Source: Candidatus Moraniibacteriota bacterium
Lineage (GTDB): Bacteria > Patescibacteriota > Minisyncoccia > Moranbacterales > UBA2206
Direction of reading: 5' to 3'
Length of the DNA stretch: 64,000 nucleotides
Assembly (NCBI GenBank): GCA_030645735.1
Contig: JAUSNP010000003.1
Location: forward strand, 27,608 to 91,607
The notes beneath the pieces are model-generated. The model was not told where the DNA came from and did no database searches. It was given only the letters and a program-made list of their open reading frames with translations. Below, piece by piece: positions 39,980-48,821 of this stretch; position 1 is the first letter of the stretch; every line of letters begins with the position of its first letter. Made by a program: the position numbers and the translations under genes.

Positions 39980-40828
39980 CTAATTTTTCAATTTTTTTAC
40001 AGTTTTATTTTTTAGCAAAAAATTCCTGCCAGTCACCACACTTTTGCCAGTTTTTTCTTCCAAGGCTAGTCTCGCGTCTTTGGCGATTTTGCCACCTTTT
40101 TTCGCTGGGATTTTATTTTCTTCCAAACCTCTCGCCTCATCTGTTTCCGCAATTCTTCTGGTAGAAATTTCAGCCAGTGCCGTGAAAATCAATTCTTCTT
40201 CACTCATGTGATCACGCAAATTTTGTGTTTTCAGGCCTTTCAAATTTTTGTGATCTTTGACTGATAAATCTGTCCATTCTTCATGAATGATGTTGGTCAG
40301 GATCGCAAACTCTTCGCCTCTTTTCACTTCATTGCCACTCCAATAATCCGTCAGCTTATTTCTCACTTCCTGCCCCATCATTCTTTGTTGAATCCATGCC
40401 GCACTGCGTCCTTGTTTTTGCCAATATTCTCTGGAACGATTGAGGGCTATTTCCGGATCAGTCATTTCCTGCATTCTTTCATAACCAACTTTCGCTAACC
40501 ACAATTTTACTGGTTCGGCTTTTGGACTTGGTACCGATTGAATCAATCGCAATAAAGTTTCTACATTAGCTGCATCAGTCTCATAATATTTACCATCAGT
40601 AGCCATAAATTTCAGTTGGTGACAATTTGTCACCGACTCATTTCCCTCTTTCCCCAATCTCTCCTTAAGTTTATTCCAGTATTTTCTAGCTGTTTTATAA
40701 TCATTCTGTTGAATTAAGGCTTGCATAATATCAACCACCGAAAAATACCAAACCTCAGTTTTCTCGTCATAATGCCGACGAATCTTAAAGTTTTCAAAAA
40801 TAGCCAGTGAGTTTTGATTTTTTTCCAT
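39980..40828 (-). CDS. Bro-N domain / phage antirepressor-like protein (paralog 3)
   Basis: WYFSVVDI, LRLIQSVPSPKAEPVKLWLA, NLRDHM, GGKIAKDAR. Confidence 0.85.
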   Translation of the reverse strand: MEKNQNSLAIFENFKIRRHYDEKTEVWYFSVVDIMQALIQQNDYKTARKYWNKLKERLGKEGNESVTNCHQLKFMATDGKYYETDAANVETLLRLIQSVPSPKAEPVKLWLAKVGYERMQEMTDPEIALNRSREYWQKQGRSAAWIQQRMMGQEVRNKLTDYWSGNEVKRGEEFAILTNIIHEEWTDLSVKDHKNLKGLKTQNLRDHMSEEELIFTALAEISTRRIAETDEARGLEENKIPAKKGGKIAKDARLALEEKTGKSVVTGRNFLLKNKTVKKLKN

Positions 40829-40850
40829 AGTTTTTATTTTTATTGCTTAC

Positions 40851-40885
40851 AGTGTTATTATATCACTAGGCATCTTTCCGTCAAG
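40851..40885 (-). promoter_or_regulatory. Sigma70-type promoter with palindromic operator over the -10 box
   Basis: TTGACG-N17-TATAAT; agtgttattatatcact. Confidence 0.7.
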
Positions 40886-40945
40886 TCACCTATCCACACA
40901 AGCAAAAACCCGCCTTTCAGCGGGTTTTCAAGTTCAACTAGATTT

Positions 40946-41698
40946 CTATTTTTCCAAAAGTTCCACACCAGTGATCACTACATTCTCCACTGGTCGATCC
41001 CCAGGGACGGTTTTCACGTTTTCAATTTTGAGGGCCACGTCCATGCCAGAGACCACACTACCAAACACGGTGTAGCTGGGTGGCAATGGCGCTTCGGGGC
41101 TGGCAGTCACAATGAAAAATTGTGAACCATTAGTATTTGGTCCTGCATTGGCCATCGCCAGTGTGCCTTGTGGATATTTTTCTGTGCCTTTCAATTCATC
41201 CTTGAAACGATAGTCTGGGCCACCCATGCCCCAATTGCTCGTGTTGGCATTTCTTGAGTTCGGGTCACCACCTTGAATCATGAAGCCCTTGATCACACGA
41301 TGAAATTTCAAATTGTCATAGAAACCAGCACTGGCTAGTTTCAAAAAGTTGCCCACTGTCACTGGAGTTTCAGCGTTGTTGAATTTGAATTGGATGTCCC
41401 CCATACTGGTTTTCAAAACGGCTCCGGTATATTTTTTGACCAAGGCTGAATTATCGCCCAATGTTTTTGCTACGTCTCCCATAGAATTGTTTTCGTTTAA
41501 TGTATTATTTAGTCTTTCGTTTTCTTTGTTGGTCGCATCCTGGACATTTTGTTGCGCTGTGTTTTTCAAAGCAATCATGTCCTTGGTGTTGCCCACCGGA
41601 TCGGTAATCGGATTGGCAATCCCCGTCTTGTCACCACCCGAGCACCCCGCCAGCACCAAGATCGCCAGCATCGGCAAAACAATTCTCATTTTTCGCAT
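40946..41698 (-). CDS. Cyclophilin-type peptidyl-prolyl isomerase, lipoprotein
   Basis: Lipobox LAGC; FHRVIKGFMIQGGDP, LAMANAGPNTNGSQFFI, YTVFG. Confidence 0.94.
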   Translation of the reverse strand: MRKMRIVLPMLAILVLAGCSGGDKTGIANPITDPVGNTKDMIALKNTAQQNVQDATNKENERLNNTLNENNSMGDVAKTLGDNSALVKKYTGAVLKTSMGDIQFKFNNAETPVTVGNFLKLASAGFYDNLKFHRVIKGFMIQGGDPNSRNANTSNWGMGGPDYRFKDELKGTEKYPQGTLAMANAGPNTNGSQFFIVTASPEAPLPPSYTVFGSVVSGMDVALKIENVKTVPGDRPVENVVITGVELLEK

Positions 41699-41853
41699 AC
41701 TTTTTTTTATTTTTAATTATTTGGGTTAAGAACTCTTTAACCCGTTAATTCTTTAACTCGTTAATCATCATTATACAGTAAAATAGGAATATGATAAATT
41801 CCCATTTTTTCTCTTTCAAGCTATAATCACATCATAATTATTATTCAATATCA

Positions 41854-42855
41854 ATGACTCATTCCAAGACTTCTGGATTTTGGCCGGTAGCTTCAGCGTT
41901 GGGTGGCAATCTTTTGGTCACTATTTTCAAATTTGTTGGTTTTTTCCTATCCGGCTCGGGGGCGCTTTTTTCCGAGGGCATTCACAGTTTTGCTGACACA
42001 GCTAATCAAGCCTTTCTGATGATTGGTATTCAGAGGTCATCCAAAAAAGCAGACGCTGAATTTTCCTATGGCTATGGCCATGAAAGATTTTTCTGGGCGC
42101 TCATTTCCGCTTGTGGAATTTTCTTTTTGGGCGCTGGCGTGACAATCTACAAGGGCATCACCGATTTGCAACATTCTGTTGCGGTCCACATTTCACCAAT
42201 TATTTTTATCTTGCTTTTTGTTTCTTTTTTGATTGAAGGCGCCACCTTCATCATTGCTTTTCGCGCTATCAAAATCAAAGATCGTAGCATTGCCTATTCC
42301 TTGCGCGTTGGCGACCCATCTTCTATTGCCGTGCTCTATGAAGATGGCGTGGCCGTGTTGGGCATCCTCATTGCTTTTCTCAGTATTGCTCTGACCTATC
42401 TAACTGGCAAACATTATTGGGATGCGCTGGGTTCAATTTTGATTGGAGTTCTCTTGGCCATTGTAGCTGTCATCTTGATTGCCAAAAATCGTGAATATCT
42501 AATGGAAAAATCCATGCCCGAAGAAATGCGCGATCGCATCATCAAAATTTTGGAAAGTGAAATTGCCATTGAAAAAGTCATCGACTTCAAATCCTCAACT
42601 TTGGATTTTGGCAAATATCGCATCAAATGTGAAGTTGAATTTCATGGCCCAGCCTTGATCAAATCGATGTATCGCGATGGCGATCTCAAGGAAGAATTTG
42701 AATATATCAACAATGACTATGATGAATTTGTGCGCTTCTGCGTAGACTACATTGATCGCGTCCCCCGCCTCATTGGTAGCAAAATCGACAAGATTGAAAA
42801 GAAAATTCAACAAGAATTTCCCGAAGTGATCCATGTGGATATTGAAATAAACTAA
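41854..42855 (+). CDS. Cation diffusion facilitator transporter
   Basis: SEGIHSFADTANQ, YGYGHERFFW, EDGVA, WDALGS. Confidence 0.92.
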   Translation: MTHSKTSGFWPVASALGGNLLVTIFKFVGFFLSGSGALFSEGIHSFADTANQAFLMIGIQRSSKKADAEFSYGYGHERFFWALISACGIFFLGAGVTIYKGITDLQHSVAVHISPIIFILLFVSFLIEGATFIIAFRAIKIKDRSIAYSLRVGDPSSIAVLYEDGVAVLGILIAFLSIALTYLTGKHYWDALGSILIGVLLAIVAVILIAKNREYLMEKSMPEEMRDRIIKILESEIAIEKVIDFKSSTLDFGKYRIKCEVEFHGPALIKSMYRDGDLKEEFEYINNDYDEFVRFCVDYIDRVPRLIGSKIDKIEKKIQQEFPEVIHVDIEIN

Positions 42856-42906
42856 AACAAAGAAAAAAGCCGTCATTCCTGACCGGCTTTGATGTCATGC
42901 CAAACC

Positions 42907-43107
42907 TCATTGCAGAATAATTTCTGCTTCTTCGGGGTATAGCCTGATGAGGCATTTTCTGCAAAGACCATGGCTTACCCAAAACATAGACAAACAACCG
43001 CCCTCACAATCGTGGCAGAGTTTGCCAAAAGAACATTTCAAAACACTGTCGGGACGCCGCTTCTTGCTTTTCTCGCATGCGACACACACAACAACATGTT
43101 CTGGCAT
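42907..43107 (-). CDS. Small Cys-rich putative zinc-binding protein (orphan cassette)
   Basis: SD gggagg; CVAC, CHDC, SHGLCRKC. Confidence 0.55.
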   Translation of the reverse strand: MPEHVVVCVACEKSKKRRPDSVLKCSFGKLCHDCEGGCLSMFWVSHGLCRKCLIRLYPEEAEIILQ

Positions 43108-43248
43108 AGTGGCCTCCCTTGGTAAAATTGTTGATAAAAAAATAATATTTTTTTATTTCAATTGCATATTGCAATTCATTCTTTTTAAAGAGCCTGTAAT
43201 AATTGTAGCACTTTTCGACTATATCAAAAAAACGACTGATCGTCGTTT

Positions 43249-43740
43249 TTATTTAAAGCATATTTTTCTTTGATTCTTATCCAGCCATTCAAATTTTATT
43301 TTGAGTGCATCTTTCGGTAATATTTTCTTGACTCGTTCTGACCATTCAACAATGACGATGTTTTTATCATCTGCCACAATTTCCTCCCAACCCAAATTCA
43401 ACAAGTCCTTTTCATCAATCCGGTACGCGTCAATGTGATAAATGCCGTGGATCGTGGATCGTGGATCGTGGATCGCATCGCTTTTTAATTTGCGTTTTGC
43501 GTTCCACGTTTTGCGTTCCACGTTTTGCGTTATGCGATATTCTTTCATTATCAAAAAAGTCGGACTTGTATATGGTCCTTTGACTTTCAATCCCTTCAAC
43601 AATCCTTGCGTGAATGTCGTTTTGCCAGCGCCCAAATCACCTTCCATACACAAAACTTCTCCGCCTTGTAATTCCAAAGCCAATAACTCTCCAAGTTTTT
43701 GGGTTTCTTTGAAATTGTTAGTTATAAATTCTTTACTCAT
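43249..43740 (-). CDS. tsaE: tRNA threonylcarbamoyladenosine biosynthesis ATPase TsaE
   Basis: GDLGAGKTTF, SPTF, HIDAYR, IVEW. Confidence 0.95.
   Translation of the reverse strand: MSKEFITNNFKETQKLGELLALELQGGEVLCMEGDLGAGKTTFTQGLLKGLKVKGPYTSPTFLIMKEYRITQNVERKTWNAKRKLKSDAIHDPRSTIHGIYHIDAYRIDEKDLLNLGWEEIVADDKNIVIVEWSERVKKILPKDALKIKFEWLDKNQRKICFK
43444..43540. repeat. Two-armed inverted heptamer array in frame in tsaE
   Basis: (gtggatc)x4 ... (tgcgttt/cacgttt/tgcgttc) run; encodes RITQNVERKTWNAKRKLKSDAIHDPRSTIHG. Confidence 0.85.
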
Positions 43741-43781
43741 TATTCCCATTACAACGCACAAATCCTCTAAAGTCAAGGATT

Positions 43782-43946
43782 TAAGGCTCTGTTATGAGAT
43801 AAGTTGTGCAAGTCCGTGCTCAGGTTTGCGTCAGATTTGTTTTAAAAAATTTGAAGATGTATCGAGATACTTCGAGAATTTTTTAAAACAAAGATGTCGT
43901 GAAGATGAGTGCGAAATTGTATGAATTATCTCATAACAGAGCCTTA
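43782..43946. mobile_element. MITE-like non-autonomous element
   Basis: Perfect 21-bp terminal inverted repeat taaggctctgttatgagataa / ttatctcataacagagcctta including a possible TA target duplication; second internal inverted repeat; no ORF of its own. Confidence 0.8.
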
Positions 43947-44009
43947 GCCAGATATTTGACACAAACAATTTCAATTGCTATTCTATGAAACTAACTTAAA
44001 CATACCTAT

Positions 44010-45140
44010 ATGAGCCTTGAACCGCAGGAACAATTCAAGAATTTCGTGGAAAAATCTAAGGAGGTTTTGATTTTGATTCCCGAAAATCCCAGTGGCGATG
44101 CAGTCGGCAGTGCTTGGGCGCTCTATTTTTTCCTGCAGAAAAAAGAAATCAATGCCACCATTGCCTTCTCCAATCATTTGTCTGATAAATATTCTTTTCT
44201 GCCCAAACCTGAGCAAATTCTGACAGAAATTTCTGGGGCGCGCGATTTTGTGCTTTCCTTCAACACGACTTATAATAAAATTTCTAATGTCCGCACGGAA
44301 GAATCTGAAGGTAAATTGGAGATTCACCTGACTCCGGAAAAGGGAACCCTCAATCCCAAGGACTTCTCCTTTATCCTAGCCAAGTTCAAATATGACTTGA
44401 TGGTGATTATCGACAGTCCAGACTTGGAAGGTTTGGGCAAGATTTATGAAAAAAATCCGGATCTTTTTTTCGAAGTGCCCATCATCAACATTGATCATCG
44501 CAGTACTAATGATAATTTTGGCCAAATCAATCTAGTAGATATCACCGCTTCATCTTGCAGTGAAATCTTGAGCATTGCCTTGGAACATATTGATTATAAT
44601 TTGATGGACAAAACGATTGCTGATTGTTTGTTGACTGGCATCATCAGTGCTACGGAAAGTTTCCAAAAGAAAAACACCACTCCCAAGGCCTTGTTGGCTG
44701 CCGCCACTCTGATGGACAAAGGCGCAGACCAGCAAACTATCATTCGCTGGCTATATAAAACTCAACCATTGCATGTTTTGAAATTGTGGGGCCGCGCCAT
44801 GGCCAACTTGAATTGGGATGAGCAATCTAAACTTGTTTGGACCAATCTCGGTGTGGAGGATTTTGTGCAAAGCCGTTCCAACCCGACGGATGTTTTGATA
44901 ATTCTCGAGAAATTGCAAGAAAATTATAGCGAAGGCAAGATATTCATGGCACTTTACAATGACACACCAGCAACAACGATAGCCCTACTTAAATCAGTTG
45001 ACCAAGCGCTGTTGAAAAAAATCCAACCCTTTTTCAATGGCACCCTCAAACGCGATGTCCTAGAAATTAAATTGGAAGCTTCAATGTTGTTCGAAGCTGG
45101 AACGGATATTGCCAAAAAGATAAAAGAGATGGGCGCTTAA
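44010..45140 (+). CDS. DHH-family phosphoesterase-like protein (NrnA-like, degenerate motifs)
   Basis: PSGDAVGS, IINIDHR..ND.FG.INLVD, SSCSE, LLTGIISATESF. Confidence 0.8.
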   Translation: MSLEPQEQFKNFVEKSKEVLILIPENPSGDAVGSAWALYFFLQKKEINATIAFSNHLSDKYSFLPKPEQILTEISGARDFVLSFNTTYNKISNVRTEESEGKLEIHLTPEKGTLNPKDFSFILAKFKYDLMVIIDSPDLEGLGKIYEKNPDLFFEVPIINIDHRSTNDNFGQINLVDITASSCSEILSIALEHIDYNLMDKTIADCLLTGIISATESFQKKNTTPKALLAAATLMDKGADQQTIIRWLYKTQPLHVLKLWGRAMANLNWDEQSKLVWTNLGVEDFVQSRSNPTDVLIILEKLQENYSEGKIFMALYNDTPATTIALLKSVDQALLKKIQPFFNGTLKRDVLEIKLEASMLFEAGTDIAKKIKEMGA

Positions 45141-45259
45141 AAATCCGCTTTCTTTCAGACACACAGTGATCTTTGGACACTGCGTGTCTTTTTTATTTTA
45201 TAAAAGTAGCAAAATTACCTAAAATACAGTAGAATAGAGTTATAAAATAAAAAAATACT

Positions 45260-48200
45260 ATGCCAAAAATACTTCACAAAAAATCATCCGCGGAACCCTC
45301 CAAGGCTGATATGCAAAAACAAGAAGATACCCAAAAAGTTTTGTCCAAAATGCGTCATCAATCTGAAGAAGAACGCGCTTCAGCTTTTGCGGCGGTCATT
45401 GGCATGACTTACATTGATACCAATTTAATTCCCATCGAAACTGACGCTATCAAAACCCTCTCTGAAGAAGAAGCTCACCAATTCAATGTAGCCGTCATCG
45501 CTAAGACTGGTAAAAAAATAACTGTCATCTCGACTGATCCAACCGTGCCAGCAACCTTGGAGTTTTTGAAAAACTTGCGCGAATCCAATGGCTGGGAACT
45601 GAATGTTTTTGTGGTTTCTCAATATAACCTGGAGAAGGTTTTGGACCGCTACAAAAAAATTGTTTTCACTGACATTCTTTCACAACTCAGTGTCAGCCTA
45701 ACAGGCGAAGATTTGCAGAAATTTGATGAGTATTTGAAAGATCTGACCACCCTCAAACAAAGAATCAATGAATTGCCTACTACCCAAATTTTGAATGTAA
45801 TGATGGGTGGGGCCTACAAACTAGGCGCCAGTGACATCCACATCGAACCACAAGAAAAAGAATTTCGTTTGCGCTATCGTATCGATGGAATTTTGCACGA
45901 TGTCGCTTTTTTACCATTGAATGTTTTCAAAACAGTGGTAAATCGTGTGAAAATGATGTCCGATATGAAACTCAATTTGAGAGACATTGCGCAAGATGGA
46001 ACTTTTGAAGTAAATATTGAAGACAAAAAAATTGCCATTCGTGTTTCAATTATTCCTGGTAGCTATGGCGAAAGCATCGTAATGAGAATTCTTGACCCAG
46101 CGTCTATCCAAGTAGCGGTAGAAAATTTGGGTTTACGCGGATTGGCTTATGAAATTATTCAGAAACAAATCAATGCTCCTAGCGGCATGATTCTAACTAC
46201 TGGCCCGACTGGTTCCGGGAAAACCACCACCCTCTATGCTATTGTCAACAAACTCAATGATCCCGAAACAAAAATCATCACTATTGAAGACCCAATTGAA
46301 TATGAAGTGACTGGCATCTCCCAAACTCAAGTTGAAAAATCCCGCGGTTATGATTTTGCCTCAGGCCTTCGAGCTATCGTCCGTCAAGATCCAGATGTAA
46401 TTCTCGTGGGAGAAATTCGCGATGAAGAGACCGTGGACATTGCCATTAACTCGGCATTAACTGGTCACCTAGTGTTATCTACGATTCACACCAACAGTGC
46501 CATCGCCACCATTGCGCGAATGATTGAAATGGGCGTCAAGCCAACTTTGATTGCGCCAGCTACCAATGCCTTCATTGGACAACGTTTGGTGCGCAAATTG
46601 TGTGATTGCAAAGAAGAATACACCCCTGCCAAAGAATCACTAGAATCTTTGAAAAAAATTATTTCTATTATTTCACCAAAATCAAAATTGGAAGTGCCCA
46701 AGGAAATCAAAACGCTCTTCCGACCCAAGGGTTGTCCAAAATGCAACAACCTTGGCTACAAAGGACGCATGGGAATTTTTGAAGTTTTCACCATCAATGA
46801 AGAAATTGAAAAATTGATTGTCAATTTTGCTTCCGAAGCGGAAATCACTATGGCCGCCTTGGAAGCTGGTATGATCACGATGTTGCAAGACGGAATTTTG
46901 AAATCTCTAGAAGGCATCACTTCGATTGAAGAGGTGAAACGCGCTACAGGTGAAGGCGATTTTTTGCAAAATATTTATGAAAAATTGATGGCTTCCACTT
47001 TGGGTCACGGTGTTTTGATTGAACCAATTCATTATTCAACCGCTCTAGAAAATATCAAAGACTTTCAAAAATTGCAGACAGTCATCAGCACTTCTGCCAC
47101 CAAAGATATCAATAAAATAGTTTTTGCAGCTGCTTCAATTTTGCGCACGGGTGACATTCACATTGAACCAGGACCTGATAATGTCAAAGTTCGCTTCCGT
47201 ATTGATGGAATTTTGCAAACTGTTGTCACCTATCCGCTCAATGAATATCCAAATATCTTGGGTGAAATAAAAATCCTGTCTGGTGTCAAAACCGAAGTGC
47301 GAGAAGGTGTGATTGATAGTCGTTTCAGCATCAAGTTTGACGAGGAAATTCCTGATATCAAAGAAAGGTCAGTTGATGTGCGTGTTTCCATCATTCTGGG
47401 TGGCTATGGTGAGACTGTGGTAATGCGTCTTTTGAGCAAAGCTTCGCAAGAATTGGATATCAACAAATTAGGCATCAGTGAACAAAACAAGAAAAAAATC
47501 ATGCATGAAATTTCCAAACCCAATGGCGTGTTTTTGAACACTGGCCCAACTGGCTCTGGAAAAACTACTACATTATATTCAATTGTAAATATCCTCAATA
47601 AACCGGAAGTCAAAATCATCACTGTTGAAGATCCAATTGAATATCAAATAGAAGGTATCTTGCAAACTCCAACCAATGACAAAGAAGGCTACACTTTTGC
47701 CACCGCTTTGCGCGCACTTCTGCGTCAAAACCCTGACATTATGATGATTGGTGAAATCCGTGATGATGAGACCGCTCAAGTGGCCGTACAAGCCGCTTTG
47801 ACTGGTCATATGGTGCTTTCCACCATTCACACCAACAATGCCGCTGGCGCGGTCCAGAGAATGCTCAACATGGGTGTTTCACCATCCGACATCGCCTCAG
47901 CCGTCAACGCTTTTATGGCACAACGCTTAGTGCGCAAATTGTGTGACTGCAAAGAAAAAATTTCTTTGACTACTGAAGACAAAGAAAAGATTGAGCGAGT
48001 CTTGAAAACTATTTCTCCCAAAGCTGGTGTAGAAATTCCCGCCATTGGTGAAATTTATACTCACAAAGGTTGCGAAAAATGCAACAACATCGGCTACAAA
48101 GGCCGAACCACTATCAGCGAAATCTTTGTCATCGATCGCGACATCCAAGAACTCATCAATCGTGGCGCTATCACTTCCGAACTGGCCGACAAAGCCACTG

Positions 48201-48295
48201 AAAATGGCATGATCACCATGGCACAAGATGGAGTTTTGAAAGTGTTGAATGGTGAGACGACGTTGGAAGAAGTGGAGAGAGTTACCGAGATCTAG
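45260..48295 (+). CDS. PilB/GspE-family secretion ATPase with two tandem ATPase modules
   Basis: Duplicated DIHIEP, RIDG, GPTGSGKTTTLY, EDPIEY, RQ(D/N)PD, GEIRD, TGH, QRLVRKLC, GCxKC, GYKGR. Confidence 0.92.
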   Translation: MPKILHKKSSAEPSKADMQKQEDTQKVLSKMRHQSEEERASAFAAVIGMTYIDTNLIPIETDAIKTLSEEEAHQFNVAVIAKTGKKITVISTDPTVPATLEFLKNLRESNGWELNVFVVSQYNLEKVLDRYKKIVFTDILSQLSVSLTGEDLQKFDEYLKDLTTLKQRINELPTTQILNVMMGGAYKLGASDIHIEPQEKEFRLRYRIDGILHDVAFLPLNVFKTVVNRVKMMSDMKLNLRDIAQDGTFEVNIEDKKIAIRVSIIPGSYGESIVMRILDPASIQVAVENLGLRGLAYEIIQKQINAPSGMILTTGPTGSGKTTTLYAIVNKLNDPETKIITIEDPIEYEVTGISQTQVEKSRGYDFASGLRAIVRQDPDVILVGEIRDEETVDIAINSALTGHLVLSTIHTNSAIATIARMIEMGVKPTLIAPATNAFIGQRLVRKLCDCKEEYTPAKESLESLKKIISIISPKSKLEVPKEIKTLFRPKGCPKCNNLGYKGRMGIFEVFTINEEIEKLIVNFASEAEITMAALEAGMITMLQDGILKSLEGITSIEEVKRATGEGDFLQNIYEKLMASTLGHGVLIEPIHYSTALENIKDFQKLQTVISTSATKDINKIVFAAASILRTGDIHIEPGPDNVKVRFRIDGILQTVVTYPLNEYPNILGEIKILSGVKTEVREGVIDSRFSIKFDEEIPDIKERSVDVRVSIILGGYGETVVMRLLSKASQELDINKLGISEQNKKKIMHEISKPNGVFLNTGPTGSGKTTTLYSIVNILNKPEVKIITVEDPIEYQIEGILQTPTNDKEGYTFATALRALLRQNPDIMMIGEIRDDETAQVAVQAALTGHMVLSTIHTNNAAGAVQRMLNMGVSPSDIASAVNAFMAQRLVRKLCDCKEKISLTTEDKEKIERVLKTISPKAGVEIPAIGEIYTHKGCEKCNNIGYKGRTTISEIFVIDRDIQELINRGAITSELADKATENGMITMAQDGVLKVLNGETTLEEVERVTEI

Positions 48296-48302
48296 CAACT
48301 TC

Positions 48303-48389
48303 ACCCTCACCTCAGCCCTCTCCCTTAGGGAGAGGAGGTTCGCTTTTTCTCCTTCTCCCTCAAGGGAGAAGGTGCCCGAAGGGCGGATT
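48303..48389. repeat. REP-like CCCTCTCCC/GGGAGAGG hairpin doublet
   Basis: ccctctccct-t-agggagagg and ccttctccct-ca-agggagaagg-tgcccgaagggcgga. Confidence 0.7.
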
Positions 48390-48404
48390 CTGAACTTATT
48401 AACA

Positions 48405-48754
48405 TTGTCATCCCGGGCTTGACCCGGGATCTACTTTTTATGCAACACCAATATTGTGTTTACATATTAACTAGCCAAACAAACCGAGTTTTGTATGTTG
48501 GTGTGACAAGTAACTTACCCAAAAGAATCTTCGAACACAAAAATAAATTGGCAGATGGTTTTACGAAAAAATACAATGTCGATAAATTGGTTTATTTTGA
48601 GCAAGGCGAGGATGTGAGTTCTGCCCTGCATAGAGAAAAACAATTGAAAAAATGGAAAAGGGAGTGGAAACTTGAATTGATCGAGAAGTCTAATCCTGAA
48701 TGGAAAGATTTGAGCGATACCTTAGTAGATTCCGGCTCAAGGCCGGAATGACAA
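48405..48754. mobile_element. GIY-YIG gene bracketed by inverted 31-bp hairpin units
   Basis: ttgtcatcccgggcttgacccgggatctact and agtagattccggctcaaggccggaatgacaa. Confidence 0.7.
48440..48751 (+). CDS. GIY-YIG nuclease family protein (stand-alone)
   Basis: YCVYIL...LYVGVTSNL.KRIFEH, FTKKY, REKQLKKWKREWK..LIE..NPEW.DL. Confidence 0.92.
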   Translation: MQHQYCVYILTSQTNRVLYVGVTSNLPKRIFEHKNKLADGFTKKYNVDKLVYFEQGEDVSSALHREKQLKKWKREWKLELIEKSNPEWKDLSDTLVDSGSRPE

Positions 48755-48821
48755 ATCTTAGACAATTAAAAAACAGCGGCCCCTCCTAGGTCGCTGCTTT
48801 GCTTTCGCCGGCATTACCGAT

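Noticed and set aside
15724-40828. Prophage suggested by antirepressor-like Bro-N genes
   Set aside because: No integrase, structural, terminase or replication genes; copies are solitary among housekeeping genes
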